Positions 36,690 through 49,900 of a DNA stretch of 64,000 nucleotides are shown one piece after another. Position 1 is the first letter of the stretch; every line of letters starts with the position of its first letter. The notes beneath the pieces were generated by a model, which did no database searches, was not told the DNA's origin, and saw only the letters and a list, made by a program, of their open reading frames with translations. Made by a program: the position numbers and the translations under genes. The DNA is taken from the NCBI GenBank assembly GCA_002633005.1, contig NMRA01000033.1:1416797-1480796 (forward strand), in the 5' to 3' direction. The stretch is from Phoronis australis. Its lineage: Eukaryota; Animalia; Phoronida.

Positions 36690-37986
36690 CGATGGCGGAA
36701 GTAATGACACCGGTCAAGATGGCGACCGCCAGTACAGAACGGAATTCTCCGAGCAGCTCTCTATGGAGTATCTTGTCGCCACTCAAAACCTCTCAAAGTG
36801 AAGTATTACTGAACTTTCGCCACCTATCTCCATAGCCTCAGTTAAACAGGTTGCTTCCAACCAAACTGTCATAGATCTTGAAAGATTCTGCACTGATGAC
36901 TGTGTCAAGCAAGGGCGCGAGGAAGGAAGAATGGTTGAATGGTCCCTATGTACTAGATGGTACCACTACACACGCATGGGCATCACCTCACTGTCCAAAA
37001 ATGCCTTTTGGCCATGCCCCTCATGCAGAAACATGTCGTCTGATATAAGGTTTATCCGACACCAGTTAAATGATGCTCTTGGGGAAGTTACAAGAAAAAG
37101 TATGATAATTGAAACGTTGATAGATATCTCATGTCTGGTGATACTATGATTAAGTGTGAAGAGTCCGTTAATCTGCTGGGTGTCCAACTTGACAGCCACT
37201 TAAAATTCCATGAGCACATTGATGTTATTTGCAAAAAAGCTTCAAGAAAGATGAATGCCTTGTTCCGTCTTCGTAATGTTTTAGGCATTAACAGTAAGCT
37301 TAAGTTATATTATGCATTTATAAGATCCTATTTTAATCACTACCCCCTCGTTTGGCACCTATGTGGAATACAGAAAAGTAGGAAAATGGAAAAGATACAA
37401 CACCATGCTTTAAAATTTGTGTTCAATGACAGCGAGTCCAGCTACTCACAACTCTTAGATAAGGCTAGGAGCTGCTCTCTAACTAGTTGGCGGATGAAAT
37501 GTTTATCTATTGAAGTATTCAAAAATGTTCATATTATTGGACCCTGTCCTTTGTGAGGAAAGCTTGAATTTAGCGAGTCTGGATACGGTCTCAGAGGTGA
37601 AAACTGTCTCTATGTGAAACGCTTTAATACGATGACTTACGGATGTAACTCAATCTCCCATAAAGGTACTTTGCTGTGGAACTCATTGCCATCAGTAATG
37701 AGACAATGTACTGCCTTAAATGAATTTGACACTCTTGCTCATGACTTTTTCTCTGAGATCTGCTCTTGTGAAAACTGCTTTGGATGCCTACACGCTCCGA
37801 AACATGTATGTGTACTTTTGTATTTATATTTATGTTTAAGTTCTGTATATTCTCCGTAGTGTAGAATTAGCTAGTGTTTTAGTTCTGTTCATTTTGTAGA
37901 TTTTAAATTTGTCGGATAATAGCACTTGTGCTAACGTTTCATTGTTAAAGCTCACCGACTTTTAAATAAAGATTATTACTACTACT
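36690..37986 (+). mobile_element. Internally deleted CR1/L2-group LINE (ORF1 PHD finger joined to ORF2 RT C-terminus, 3' tail)
   Basis: 5' AAGATGGCG motif; decayed PHD (FCTDDC..MVEW.LC.RWYH..WPCPSCR, ~36885-37030); RT C-terminus VNLLGVQLDSHLKFHEHID..CKKASRK..SYFNHYPLVWH..KMEKIQ (~37160-37550); WNSLP motif; AATAAA followed by a (TAT/TAC)n tail at 37965-37986. Confidence 0.85.
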
Positions 37987-39769
37987 TACCGAAAGTATAA
38001 ATGGTATTTGATCATTCAACCCTAGAGTACAAACCAACTATATTTAAAAAAATCTGCGACATGTCATTTTCCCGCTTTGCCTGCACCTAACAGGCAGGAA
38101 CTCACTGAACAGATTATAGATTTACAACATCACTTCTCATTTTTCTTTTTTGCAAAATATAAATTTGGCACAATTTATAAAACAGCATGCTGACGATTTT
38201 TCAGTTTTATGGAGAATACAGTCGGAAAGTGAAGGACTTACTTAACATAGATCATGGTGATGCTTTGAAAAAATTGTTTATTGATGTCAAACTGCTTTGC
38301 ATAAATAAATCATTTATTAATTTCAAACATTCATTGGTTGAACTAGACTTGTTTTAGTCTATACTACTCTAATAGTTGAATAAGATTATTTCCTAGTTAT
38401 AAAATAGATGTAATTTTTACACATTTTACAACAAGCACATACCTATGAATTAATGCCTGTTCAATATTTCTAGACAACTTTACAAGATCAGGTCAGACAG
38501 ATGAGAATCATATTGTTCAACATGGCAAATCTGGACCTAAGCCAAGAGACTCCACAGGAACCTGAAGATTTCAGAAGACAATGCCAACTGGACCTTGGAC
38601 TCAAAAATAAAGTAAAAAATATAAAATTAAAATGACATTCATATCAACCATGTCTTGTAAAAAAATAATTTATGCTTTCAATTAGGGCCAGGTATTCAAA
38701 AACCCAGTCTCCATTTGTGTACCACTGTCAGTGTTCAACCAGCTCCAGTTACTTTCACACAACACTTTGATTGATAAGTGCAGACAACCAGGCAACATAC
38801 TGAATATTGCATAGATATTGCAGTGAGTTTTCATGAAGTCAACTATAGGTTTTTGGATAGGCCATGTTTCAAAAGTGAATTTCAAAAACCATGGAATCAA
38901 TTTATCCAAATGAACTGTGTCATTTGTTCAATCATCCTTTCACTTCTCTAAATACCAAAGTGTTGCTGATATGAGAATTGTCAGTGTATAAGTGTCATAA
39001 CATTTGCTCAAAACACTTCTATTTATGCTGTTCTTATATCTTTCAAATGGTTAGTTAGAACAATTGCTACAAAAGTAGCTATCACTTTCCTGTAACAACT
39101 ATGTAGTTTTCGTATAACAAGTTAATGTATTGAAAATGCAACATAATGAAATCTCATTTGTTTGTCATACTGCGTCACAAACAGATATTTTTTTCATTGA
39201 GCATAAATGGCCAGAGTCCTTAAGAACTGTATACCACCTTCCAAAGCATAGCTTTTCAGTTGCATGTGAGCGAGTGTGTGAAAGGGTTAGCCACTGTGAT
39301 TTTTTTCAGTCAACCAGCTCTTTATCGGTGCTATTCATAGTAGCACTATACCCAAAAGATTGTTGGGCCAAAGTAAAAGAAATTTTTAAGTTGTGTGACC
39401 AGTCTGACATCAGTTGTGGCAAGTCATCAGATGTTGTCCCATCCATGGGACAAACAGTAAATTTTCAATTATTTTTTACCTTATCTCCTCATTGGGGACA
39501 AGTTTTTAGTTAGTGATATATGTATCCCAACACTGAGGATTTCCAAAAACTAAATAACGGCTTTGTGATTGCAAAAGGGGGTTCACGGGCAAAACACCAT
39601 TCTCATTAACAACCAGAGGTGACTGTCCCAGTGACCCACCCAACAAGATACGGTCTGGGCCCAGAGGCAACCACACCAGCATGCCAACAGTCTCAAACCA
39701 GCTTAGTGCTATAGTTACTGGAAAATCTACTAATTGTTAACACAACGAAATCCCCTGTTGCCAATTTGA

Positions 39770-39935
39770 AAGCATGGTCAAATGCAACTGTTTCTAGAAG
39801 AGGCAACCATGGTTGACAGTGGTTTGACCATTGTTGACCATGGTCAAAAGCATAGTCAAGCACAGCCAACCATGGTTTAATCACCATTGAACCATGGTTG
39901 ACCGTGCATAACCGTGCTTATTCATGGTTAACTGT
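39770..39935. repeat. Palindrome-rich AACCATGGTT repeat cluster
   Basis: Multiple AACCATGGTT/GACCATGGTC palindromic units, located in the presumed SFXN2 3' UTR. Confidence 0.6.
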
Positions 39936-40914
39936 GCTAACACTTTGCAGGAGAGGTCAGTTGTGCTCGAAATAAGCTTTTTGGGAAACCATGACTAGTG
40001 ACAATAACGACCTTGATCTCACTCAAAGAGTGAACATAGTAGTTTGATAGTGTGCCATGTTATAAATATATACATCCGGAGTTATTCACATTTGTCGCTT
40101 CGATGAAAACAATGAGTGACCGGGCATAGTTTTTCCCACGAAGACTGGTATCTGCGGCTTGATGGCATTTGAGCTCGAAAAACTAGTAGGTAATGTTATA
40201 CACAGTACAAGCCCAAAGTAATGAGACACAATACCGTTTCCCAGTCATAGCTGGTCAGTACCCGTCAACACAGGTCATCGACCAGCTGCTCCAACAGTGA
40301 ATTTCACTCGCACTCAGCCGGCTTTAACAGGGAATTCTGCTTACGTTCAGCCGTCCTGACAGCAGTAATGTGTCCTTCGGTCTCTTGACATTATTTTCTA
40401 CCACATAGTGTTCAATAACTAGTATGTTATTGGTACTTGTGATCACATCTAACACCAAACTTGTGCAATTTATAAAGGCATCTGGGAGCAAGCATTGGTG
40501 TTAATTTCAGCACCCACAAATAAACATTGCACGATTGTAGAGATAGGTTTACCCAAAAATGCAAGACTAGATTACGGAACTATTTAGACTATACATGTCC
40601 ACCCTCAAGAGATAATACATCAACTCTGGGTCACAAAGAAACATTACAAGCCTGCTACATTTAACAAAAACTAAAACTGCTTGCACTTGGACTACATGAA
40701 ATACCTAGGATCCAACATTATGAATCCTAGGAAAAACTGGTGCAATGCTGATCGTCTACATTCACGCCTCTAGGAAAATAAGAAAAGCGCCCGTTCTTCA
40801 CTGGCGCCACCTAGTGCATAACAAACCTCCCATTGGGCGGCAACAGCAAGACAGTCAACTAACTTTGTTACCCGTAACCAGCCATTGTGCAGTAACTATA
40901 GCTCGTGCTTGTGA

Positions 40915-43900
40915 TCATAAGCCTTTGTTGAAGTATAACTTGTCAGGCATGCTGTCCCCATATCTGGCCGTCAGTTGTTCCAGTTGTGCCCCATCCAGTA
41001 GCTTCAATCGACGCGTATCAATCGAACTGAAATTGCCAAAAGGTACAAGTCACTACTTGTTGCCAGCGTACCACTTAATAGCGCCCCTCGCCTGATAACG
41101 GTCAGACACATGGACTGGCAAATCACACACGGAAAATCCATGAAATGCGAACCCAATGTCTTGATATTTACTGCTGATAAATTTTCTAATGCCATCAGCA
41201 GTAAAGACGGTGCTTCATGTCAAGGCATTAGTCAACATCTTACTCAAACTCATGGACTGGGTCATAAATTCAAAATAGTGTATTTACGCATGTTACTTTT
41301 GAAATCAATTCATTCAAAATTCATTACAACTAAACAAGTGCAGGAAGTTGGTGCAAACAGTCCAGTCAATTGGTGTTTAGGGGAGTGTCAATTGGTGTTG
41401 AGGGGAGTGAATCGATATTTAGGGGAGTGTCAATTGACCTATCGCAAGCTCCGCCCCCTTGCGTAATGTCTACTAACAAACAATAAGTTTTACCCGGCAA
41501 CATTTTTTGGAAACGAAGGTGTGTCAAGAATGATGAGTTCTAAATGGCCAGTTAAGCCATCACTCAAAATCCTGGCGATAGGTCAATTGGTGTTTGGGGG
41601 AGTGGCAATCGGTGTTAAAGAGGATGTCAATCGGTGTTTAGGGGAGTGTCAACTGGTGTTTGGGGAGTGTCAATCAGTGTTCAGGAGAGTGTCAATCAGT
41701 GTTCAGGATAGTGTCAATCAGTGTTGAGGGGAGTGTCAATCGGTGTTTAGGGGAGTGTCGGTCAGTAGAAACACTTAGATCCCAACTTGCATCATGTTTA
41801 CTTCGTAATTAAACGGTGTATTTAACAGCAAAGGGTCAATGCTTCACTACAACAGAGACCCTCCACTCTGGCGTCCATCAAAGTTATCGGCAGGGTTCAA
41901 CTTTGTGATAATGGAGGTCATATCAGGCCACCTTATGAGAACTTTAACAGTGATACCATCACCTAGCGATAACTCCAATGTCTGATAATGACCGAAACTA
42001 ATGGGAAAGTTCCAAGTTAACTGCAATTTAAGTCAAACTTCGTTAGCAACAGGTTTAACTTGATGGAAAAAGGCCTAAAAAAAGTGGCTGCAGGGGATTA
42101 CTTGTCCAAAGAGCACAGGTGTGGCAACGCTATTACACTGGCTTAAGAAGGTTCCAGCCTCAATTCCAGGTTTCAGGAGTAATTTATGTTGAACATAAAT
42201 GAGCAGGACAAATTTGCAGCTTTGTTTTTGGAATTTTTCGCACCATACGAAACTAAGTCACGTTTCAATTGCAATTCGGCAATACTTATACACACTCACC
42301 ATATTTGAGGAAATAGACCACACCCAACAGGTACCATAAATATCAAACTGAAAGACAAGAGTGGAGTACTATTCTTAGCAACATTAGCGATGATCTTTTC
42401 ATGGTTCTTGACTACACCATCGAATAATATGTTCATAGCCTGTAAAACACGAATTTTTCAAAGGCAAAATTAGCCACATGCTGTATTCGGCGTAATAACC
42501 GCCCAGGGCACTTAGAAAAGTTCGTTTCAGGGGGAAGGGGCGCTTTTTATAACCCAAGACCATTGAATCCCGGTCTCCGAAACGGGTGAAATCGGAAGCT
42601 ACGATTCATCATATTTACGCTCTGTGACGTATCTGTAATCTCTGAAAGACTTTCTACAAAACCGTGGTGCATTGCTGTCAAACTTTACTGCTGCATTACG
42701 ATCATTTTACAGAAAATTGTGCTGAAATCCCCGGGCGAAAACTCGCCGACTGCCTGCCTCGCAATCGTCGATATGGCGACTTGAATGCTTGAATAAAAAT
42801 ACAGTTTCGACTCGAGCAAATTACCTGAAATCCTCCTTAAGTTTTCCAAGTAGCGTCCCTAAGATTTTTAAGTTCCCGTGTAGTCGGGATCACGGTAGGT
42901 TTAAGTAAACCTGAGCTACATCGTGCCATCTATATGTATGATCGGCAACATGAGAAAAATGTATGGACGAACACACATGTTGTTGACACGTAACATTTGT
43001 TTTGAAGTTGTCTGCATTTGTGAGTAAGCGAGCGCGTGCATGTCGCCCGAGTTCATTTGCCCAAACCATAGAGCAGAGACCGTCTTTTGGCCAGAGCCAC
43101 GCAATCTAACCAGCTAGATGTGCGTTGCATCTAAAGAAATTTGCACAAGCAGTAGGCCTAATTTAGAGCTTGTTTCATTCAGCACTTGCCGGTCTCGTGT
43201 GTTAAAAACGTTCGACATTTGTCTCGGTAAGGCCACATTAGTCGCCATGTGGCTGGATGCGTACGTAACTATTTGACAGTTATTTTTTGGTGTAAGGGTG
43301 TGTAAGCATTCACTGTCTGTGGTCATTTTATCGGATATTTGGCTTAAAAACACCAATTATGGTTAATCAAACAATTCATCTCGAAAATAACGCAAACACT
43401 TTTTTATAGTATTAGAAACTGTCGGAAATCTTGCTGATGCTATGATACCCGTTTCATGAATGGATAGTTCCCGACAAATGTCTTTGATGACAGGTTCATG
43501 TATGTAACACGCGCTTCCTGGCCACATGCTTTTAACACTGGCCAAACTTTTTATTAGTCTCCGATTCGCGGTTTTCACGTGTAGGCCTACAAATAAATTT
43601 GGATTCCTGTTGAAAGCGGGAAATATCTACAAAGCAATCCCGTAGACAAGTACAGTACTTCTGTTCTGAAAGGACAGACTACTGGTCCTCGCAATATCAG
43701 CAAAACTTTTGTGTTTGTTTTGAGGCATGACGGAAGTTTGAAGTGTCACGACTAAATACCGACATAGCGGCGAGGCTCATGGTCTACAAATTCAATGCAC
43801 AATGATTTTTTCAGGACTGCCAGATATTATTGATAAATTGAAGACGTTACTGTAGAATTTTAGGACTGTAGGTAAAGCATTTTTCTCATATACACGCACA

Positions 43901-46900
43901 TGGACTGGGCGCTTATTTTAGAAAAGTCTGAAAACGCGTGGGGGGCGCTTATAGTGGCATGGACGGTTATTACGGCGAATACGGTATTCAGGACTTTCAT
44001 GCGAATTATAACTGTCTACCAATACAGCTCAAAGATGGAGGCAAGCTCGGATACAAACAAAACCAAAAACTGCACACAAATATTAAACACTAAGGTTCCG
44101 ATTCATGCAGCTGCAACATTATTAAACATCCCATAGTGTAAAGTGTTCAGTCATGCGACTACAGCATTACTCAACATTCCATAGTCCAAAGTATTCCGTT
44201 TATGCAACAACCACTCACAAGCATCCGACTATCATCACTTGTATGGGTCCATGAAGTGGAGCTATCTTCTGCATCCACCGCAGTCTCTCCAGCCTCTGCA
44301 TGATGACAGGACATATCATCATGCCTGGCGCCGCGATCGTGATCCTCGACAGTACCACCTGGCCGATGCCCTTCCCCGCCGCGTACTTGGACTCCGTCAT
44401 CTTCTCACCAGTGGCGCTGAACGTGGCGATGCCCGTCTTAAGTTCGCTCTGTCGCATGAGTGGGATGTTTACCATGTTGGCCGCTGCCACGGCCGCAAAC
44501 GGTACGAACCTCTGCATCAAGGGTGAGGCACGCTAGACAAAGACAGGTCATAAAAGTATTACTCTCACACAGAAAGTTGGCCGTAAAAGACAATTAACTT
44601 GTAAAAAATACAGCAGTGAATCCGCTTCTCACACTGTGGGCACCCATTTGGATTTGTTATATCATATGGTAATGCAAACTCGTCAAGAGTAAAAATCTTT
44701 AAAAATCCACAACAAACCATACTTTTAACTCCCTAATCATACTGAACATTGGCATTTATTACATTCAATGAACACCTAATAACTGAACTTAACATACAAA
44801 TTGTAACATTTAAAGGAATTGTGTAATAGCACTCGCAGATTTCACTGATCTTATTTAAGAATGAAAATTTCTTGTGTCACCTTTTCCTAATTTTCTCATT
44901 ATTTTGTTTCTGACTGGATATCATTATGTAATAATTAACAACGGAAAAAAATCTTGGGACATAATACTTCGTTTTGTCAAATTTCTCAACAAAAATATCG
45001 TATCAGGGAAATTTACTTTGCTTTTAGCACGGTTTGTATGGAGTAGCATAAATCAGTGAAACAGTAATTGGTTAAATTTTAGTACTTGCAACAAACAATC
45101 CGGTAAGCCTCTAAAAATAGAAATATGGAAATTATAGCAATTATTTTTGTCAAAAATTGTATGCATATTCTAAGGACAGTTGGTGATACCAATTTCTAGT
45201 ATACAGTGAAAACTATGTCTTTTATGCGACGCACTCTCAAAATTACTGTGCGAACTCTTCAGAGGGCTTTTCCCGACATATTCATACGATTGACTCATGA
45301 CAAACTTGTACATCAGCCTTTGGTGATTTCATTGCGTATTTCTTCCAAATATTTAAATTGTTTTTCACTGTTTCAGTTCTAAAGCCCAGTAAGTGTATTT
45401 TGTATGTTTTACAAACAATCCTGTTGCTCACTTGTTACTTTCTCATGACAAAAGTAACTTAAAAGGGCACCAGATTTTAAGAACCAGTGGAGAAAACTGG
45501 TTCCCAAAATGTTGTAGACTGTGAATGACTACCTTTTTTACCCAGTTTTTAATTCACGAAGAATTCATATATACAATACAGGTCATGTGTTTTGCTCACA
45601 CAGTAAAATATTAAATGTGACAATGATTGAGTATCGCTATAAACCAAAAACAAAACGAAAATTACGTTGACCAAACATGACTACACTTTTTCTTAAAATG
45701 GTTACAAGGAGCATACCTACTTAATGTTATCAGAAGCACTCCACTCTCTAGTTGAAGGACCAAATTAATGTCTGGCACAAGAACCAAAACGCATGCTGCG
45801 ATGACTTTGTACAATCACGAAAAGTACCACAGAAAACAATACCATACTAGCATAACAACTTACAATACTCATCACATCTTTAGCTGGGAAACAGACTCTC
45901 CCAGTGAACTATTCATGTCACAGATAATTTCCACAAGTTCTTACCTTAGCAAGGTATTGCTTCAGACCAATAGCAGTGACCACAGCACTAGTTGTGGCAG
46001 TAACATAGGCAACTGCAATCTGTCTGAAACAGGAAGATGCTCGTCTCTTAAAACCGCATACATAACATCCATTTTGCACCAGACTTTGCATTACACAGAG
46101 AATTTAATAGTTGTTTTCATAATACTATGGGCAAATCTGAGCATTGACAAAGCTCCAGTGCATGAAAATGCAGATAATATCCATTTCAGTACGTGACAAG
46201 ATTCTATGTTTAAATTTTTGCTAGATTTCGTCAAAATCGTTAATGCTTTAGCAGCATGTGTGTTTACAGAAATTCTGTTTATTGCTACAAGAAGAAATGG
46301 ATGTTGGGAGCAGTAACGAATTAATTCAGTCCATATCAAAATGTTTACTGCAGTGCTGTTTCATAGCTACAGAAGTTCCGTACAATTGCTACGGTAAATT
46401 ATTCTGGTACAAAAGAACCAATTTAGCTTGGCAGAGTTTGGCAAAAGATGTTGAGTTCGTTTCGAAAACTATAATACTGTTATGCATAACACTGAAGATC
46501 AAAAATGGCAGCACATCCTTCCAATGGATCTGAATTGACTGAGAGTAGAAAAATATTTACAAGCATGGTTGAGTGCTTTTATTTTTACAGGTAAGACTTG
46601 TTTCACTAGCGAGGTGAATTTAGTCCCAAACATTTGACGTAGACGTTATTGACAAAGTGACATCTCTTAGTCAATAGCCAAATTTGGAAGCTCCAATCAC
46701 CTCATCATAACAGGTGATAAGCTGCTTGGCATAAAAGTAGTCCAGCCATGCTGTTACATTTTATGATCATCGCAGCAAAAGCGGTAACGAAAATGTATTA
46801 TGAATTAGCCCAACAACAGAACCACTAAATTAAGACAGGTCTAGCTCAGGCAGTCTTTGACTATTGTAGTCTAGGGAATAACACAGTAAAAATCCTCCGA

Positions 46901-49900
46901 TTTGGGATAGTGAAAAATTTATTATTTTGCCCAAAGTCGGAGCTTGTCCCAAATTCTAGTTATAGCCACTGTTGGCTGTCCCAAGTACAAGAATCACTGA
47001 AAAGACAACAAAATTACCTGTATGTAGATTGAAAACAAATGGTCCGAAACTTGAGAAATATGGCGAATGCTAAAATCCCCATGTCCTAATTTCCAGAATA
47101 GAAAATTCAATTTCTGTGAGAGTTTCATTGTCCTAAATTCTAGAGACTGTCCCAAACAGGAGAATGTTTGCCGTAGTCCCTCAACCGCAATATGAATGGG
47201 TGACTCTATATAAACTAGGTGCTGCACAGGAAAGAACCATCCATTTACCACCTGAATAAACTAACACTGGAAAGCTTTTCACTGCCGTAGAGGTGTTCAT
47301 GAAACAAGGGACCTACGTTACCCTTACACATAGGACCAGTGTATCGCTAGCAACACCTAGAGATTTAAAGTTCCCTAATACAAAACAAAAATCAACAACA
47401 ACACAAAACTTGAATTATTACCCAACTGTCATGATCACATCAAGACAGGGAAGGCAGTGTCAACTGTCCACAGCTACAATGAAAAACATAGGGGCACTGT
47501 AGCGTTGTAAACTAAAACAAGAAGTCAACACTGTTAGGCTCTGTTTTGACTGTTGTGTTACTATTGTGACTCTTATTGTTAATCTCTGTGGATTTGACGG
47601 TACTGTGCTGTCTTGTTTAGAGCTCTTGTGTCATTTTTGTTATGCAAATTAGTATGCAAGGTGTGCTAGTGTTTATTCTATCTGAGTTCAGTTTGACACT
47701 GGACAGTCGACTGAGAGTGTCTTCAATAAACCATTTCAGACCGGTTTGCATGACGTTTAACTGACTTTGACTGATTGGGCCGCAACACCTCTTAAGTCTC
47801 CCTGACCCTTAGTTACAACCTTTTCCACAGTTACAGTGCATGCAAAAAGCAACCGGACAAAATACTATTATTTATTTCTCCATCAAGACGGCTAATTCTG
47901 CTGCAGCAAAATTCTAATTGTAGAATGACCAACTGTCTTGTTAGTTTTCAGGCAAAAGTTCTCAGTCATGACAACATGCAGTGACTCTGGCGGTAAATAT
48001 TCCTTGTTCTCAGCTGTCATGATGCTTTTATCCCATAGCAGACCATGTCAATACATGTATATATCCTATTAAAAACAAAGTTTCAAAATGGACTGCTCAC
48101 AAGTTTTTCGTAGGTTTGACATCATAGGTGCCATTCAGTATGGGCAGCGAAAAGGTTTGAAATAGATACAATCAGCAAACAGACAGGTTAACTGTCAAAC
48201 AAGTAAGTTACTTTTACAGACAGACTTATTAATTGCACCGAATAAACATTCCTAAAATGACCGACTGTAGACCCAATGGATTTGTTAGTTCAAATGATGA
48301 TTGATCAATTACAAATAGCAAAACACTGACAAATAATTGTCATTACATAGGTTGAAGTCAAGATGATAACAATTATACCAAAATGTAAAATGTGGGTTCA
48401 GGGAGCACTCAGTCATTGAGTCTCCATGACGTCATTTCACTTATCAGGGCTTGGAATGACCAATGACAAAAAACGCGGAAACTTTGAAACTTTTACGGCC
48501 CAAATCATGCCCGATAACCAGCCTTGAAATGGTCAATGTGAACCTTTCCCCGACAAAAATCGGGAGGACTAAAAAGAAAAAAAAAAAAAACGTTACCACC
48601 ATCAGTAGCATGCGTCTGCGCTCGCCCGTCCACTCCCAAACCACACATTTTTGGCTGCAGAGCGGTAGTATTTGTCGCCGCGCTTAACAATAACACGAGA
48701 CGCTTTTGAAAATCACACCACGCTGTCCCAGCTGCCCCCGCAATGTTGACAATTTACGTTCCTCCGAAACATAAAGAGCAACTTCCGCTTTTCGAGGTGA
48801 ACGTCGTCTGCAACGCCGCAGTAAGAAAGGAATTTGCCGCGGAAATTTTATATCAAATCTGATTTTTTTACGCGGAAATATTATAAAAAAAGCGGAAAGC
48901 ACATTTGAAAAAAGCGGAAATCCGCGGTTCCGCGGAAATTCCAAGCCCTGACTTATAAGCGGTGTCCTCTCTTCTTAAAGTGCTTGTCTTGTTCATTAAA
49001 CAAATGACAGTCCACATCATTTGAAAGTTATGCCTCTTAGATTATGTAAGTAGGTAATGCCTCTTAGATTATGTAAGTATGTACTGCACTTATAGTGTGT
49101 TCAGCAGTGGCCACTTGTTTATACAGAATCCAGTTAGAATCTGTAAAGTTGTCTTGTCTGTTTGGAACATCAGAGCAATTTTGACTTATTTATTTCATGA
49201 ATAAGTTAATGTCTGTTAAGCAAACCACTTGTCTAGTTGGGAGTGTTGTTTACTTTGAATCTTTTCACTGTCGGTACTATCACACAAACGAGCAAAGTGA
49301 AGATCGAACAAAAAACAAATATGAGCTGGAACATGAACCACAATGAAGGAGAACAGTCTGGGAAACGTTACCTGAAGAGTTAAGAAGGAATAGTTATCAA
49401 ATGTCATTTTAATTAAATGCCATACTATTCGCAACAAAATGACAAAGCAAGACAGTGCCATTAACACACACAATCAAAGCGATCTTAAGTCTAAAGAACC
49501 GTCTATGCACTCAGATTTTTTATATAAAGATATAGCATTCAAAACTTAGGAAACACTGTCTACATGGACTGTCGTTTTTGACTTTGTATATGCCATGTTG
49601 GAATGCTTGCTTACACACTAGTTGAATACAACAAATCTGAATGTACAGAGAGGGCTGCTTGAATAAATCTTAGCGTATTTCTTACTTGTTGGTCACGTCA
49701 GACTGTGCATTTCTGTTGGTATAGTTGACCAGGGCATTGAAAGACTGGTTGACCCACTGCCAGAAGATCACAGCTGTGTTGGTTCTATAAAGTAAGCAAC
49801 AGATGGTTTCACTATGTCACAGCCACACCATAGCAGACAGGGTTGAACATATCACTGTCTTACATCAACACCAAGAGACCAACAGAGTGTGAAGCAGACT

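Noticed and set aside
42916-43578. Short ORFs inside the pogo-like element as a transposase
   Set aside because: No HTH/CENP-B or DDE motif is recognisable.
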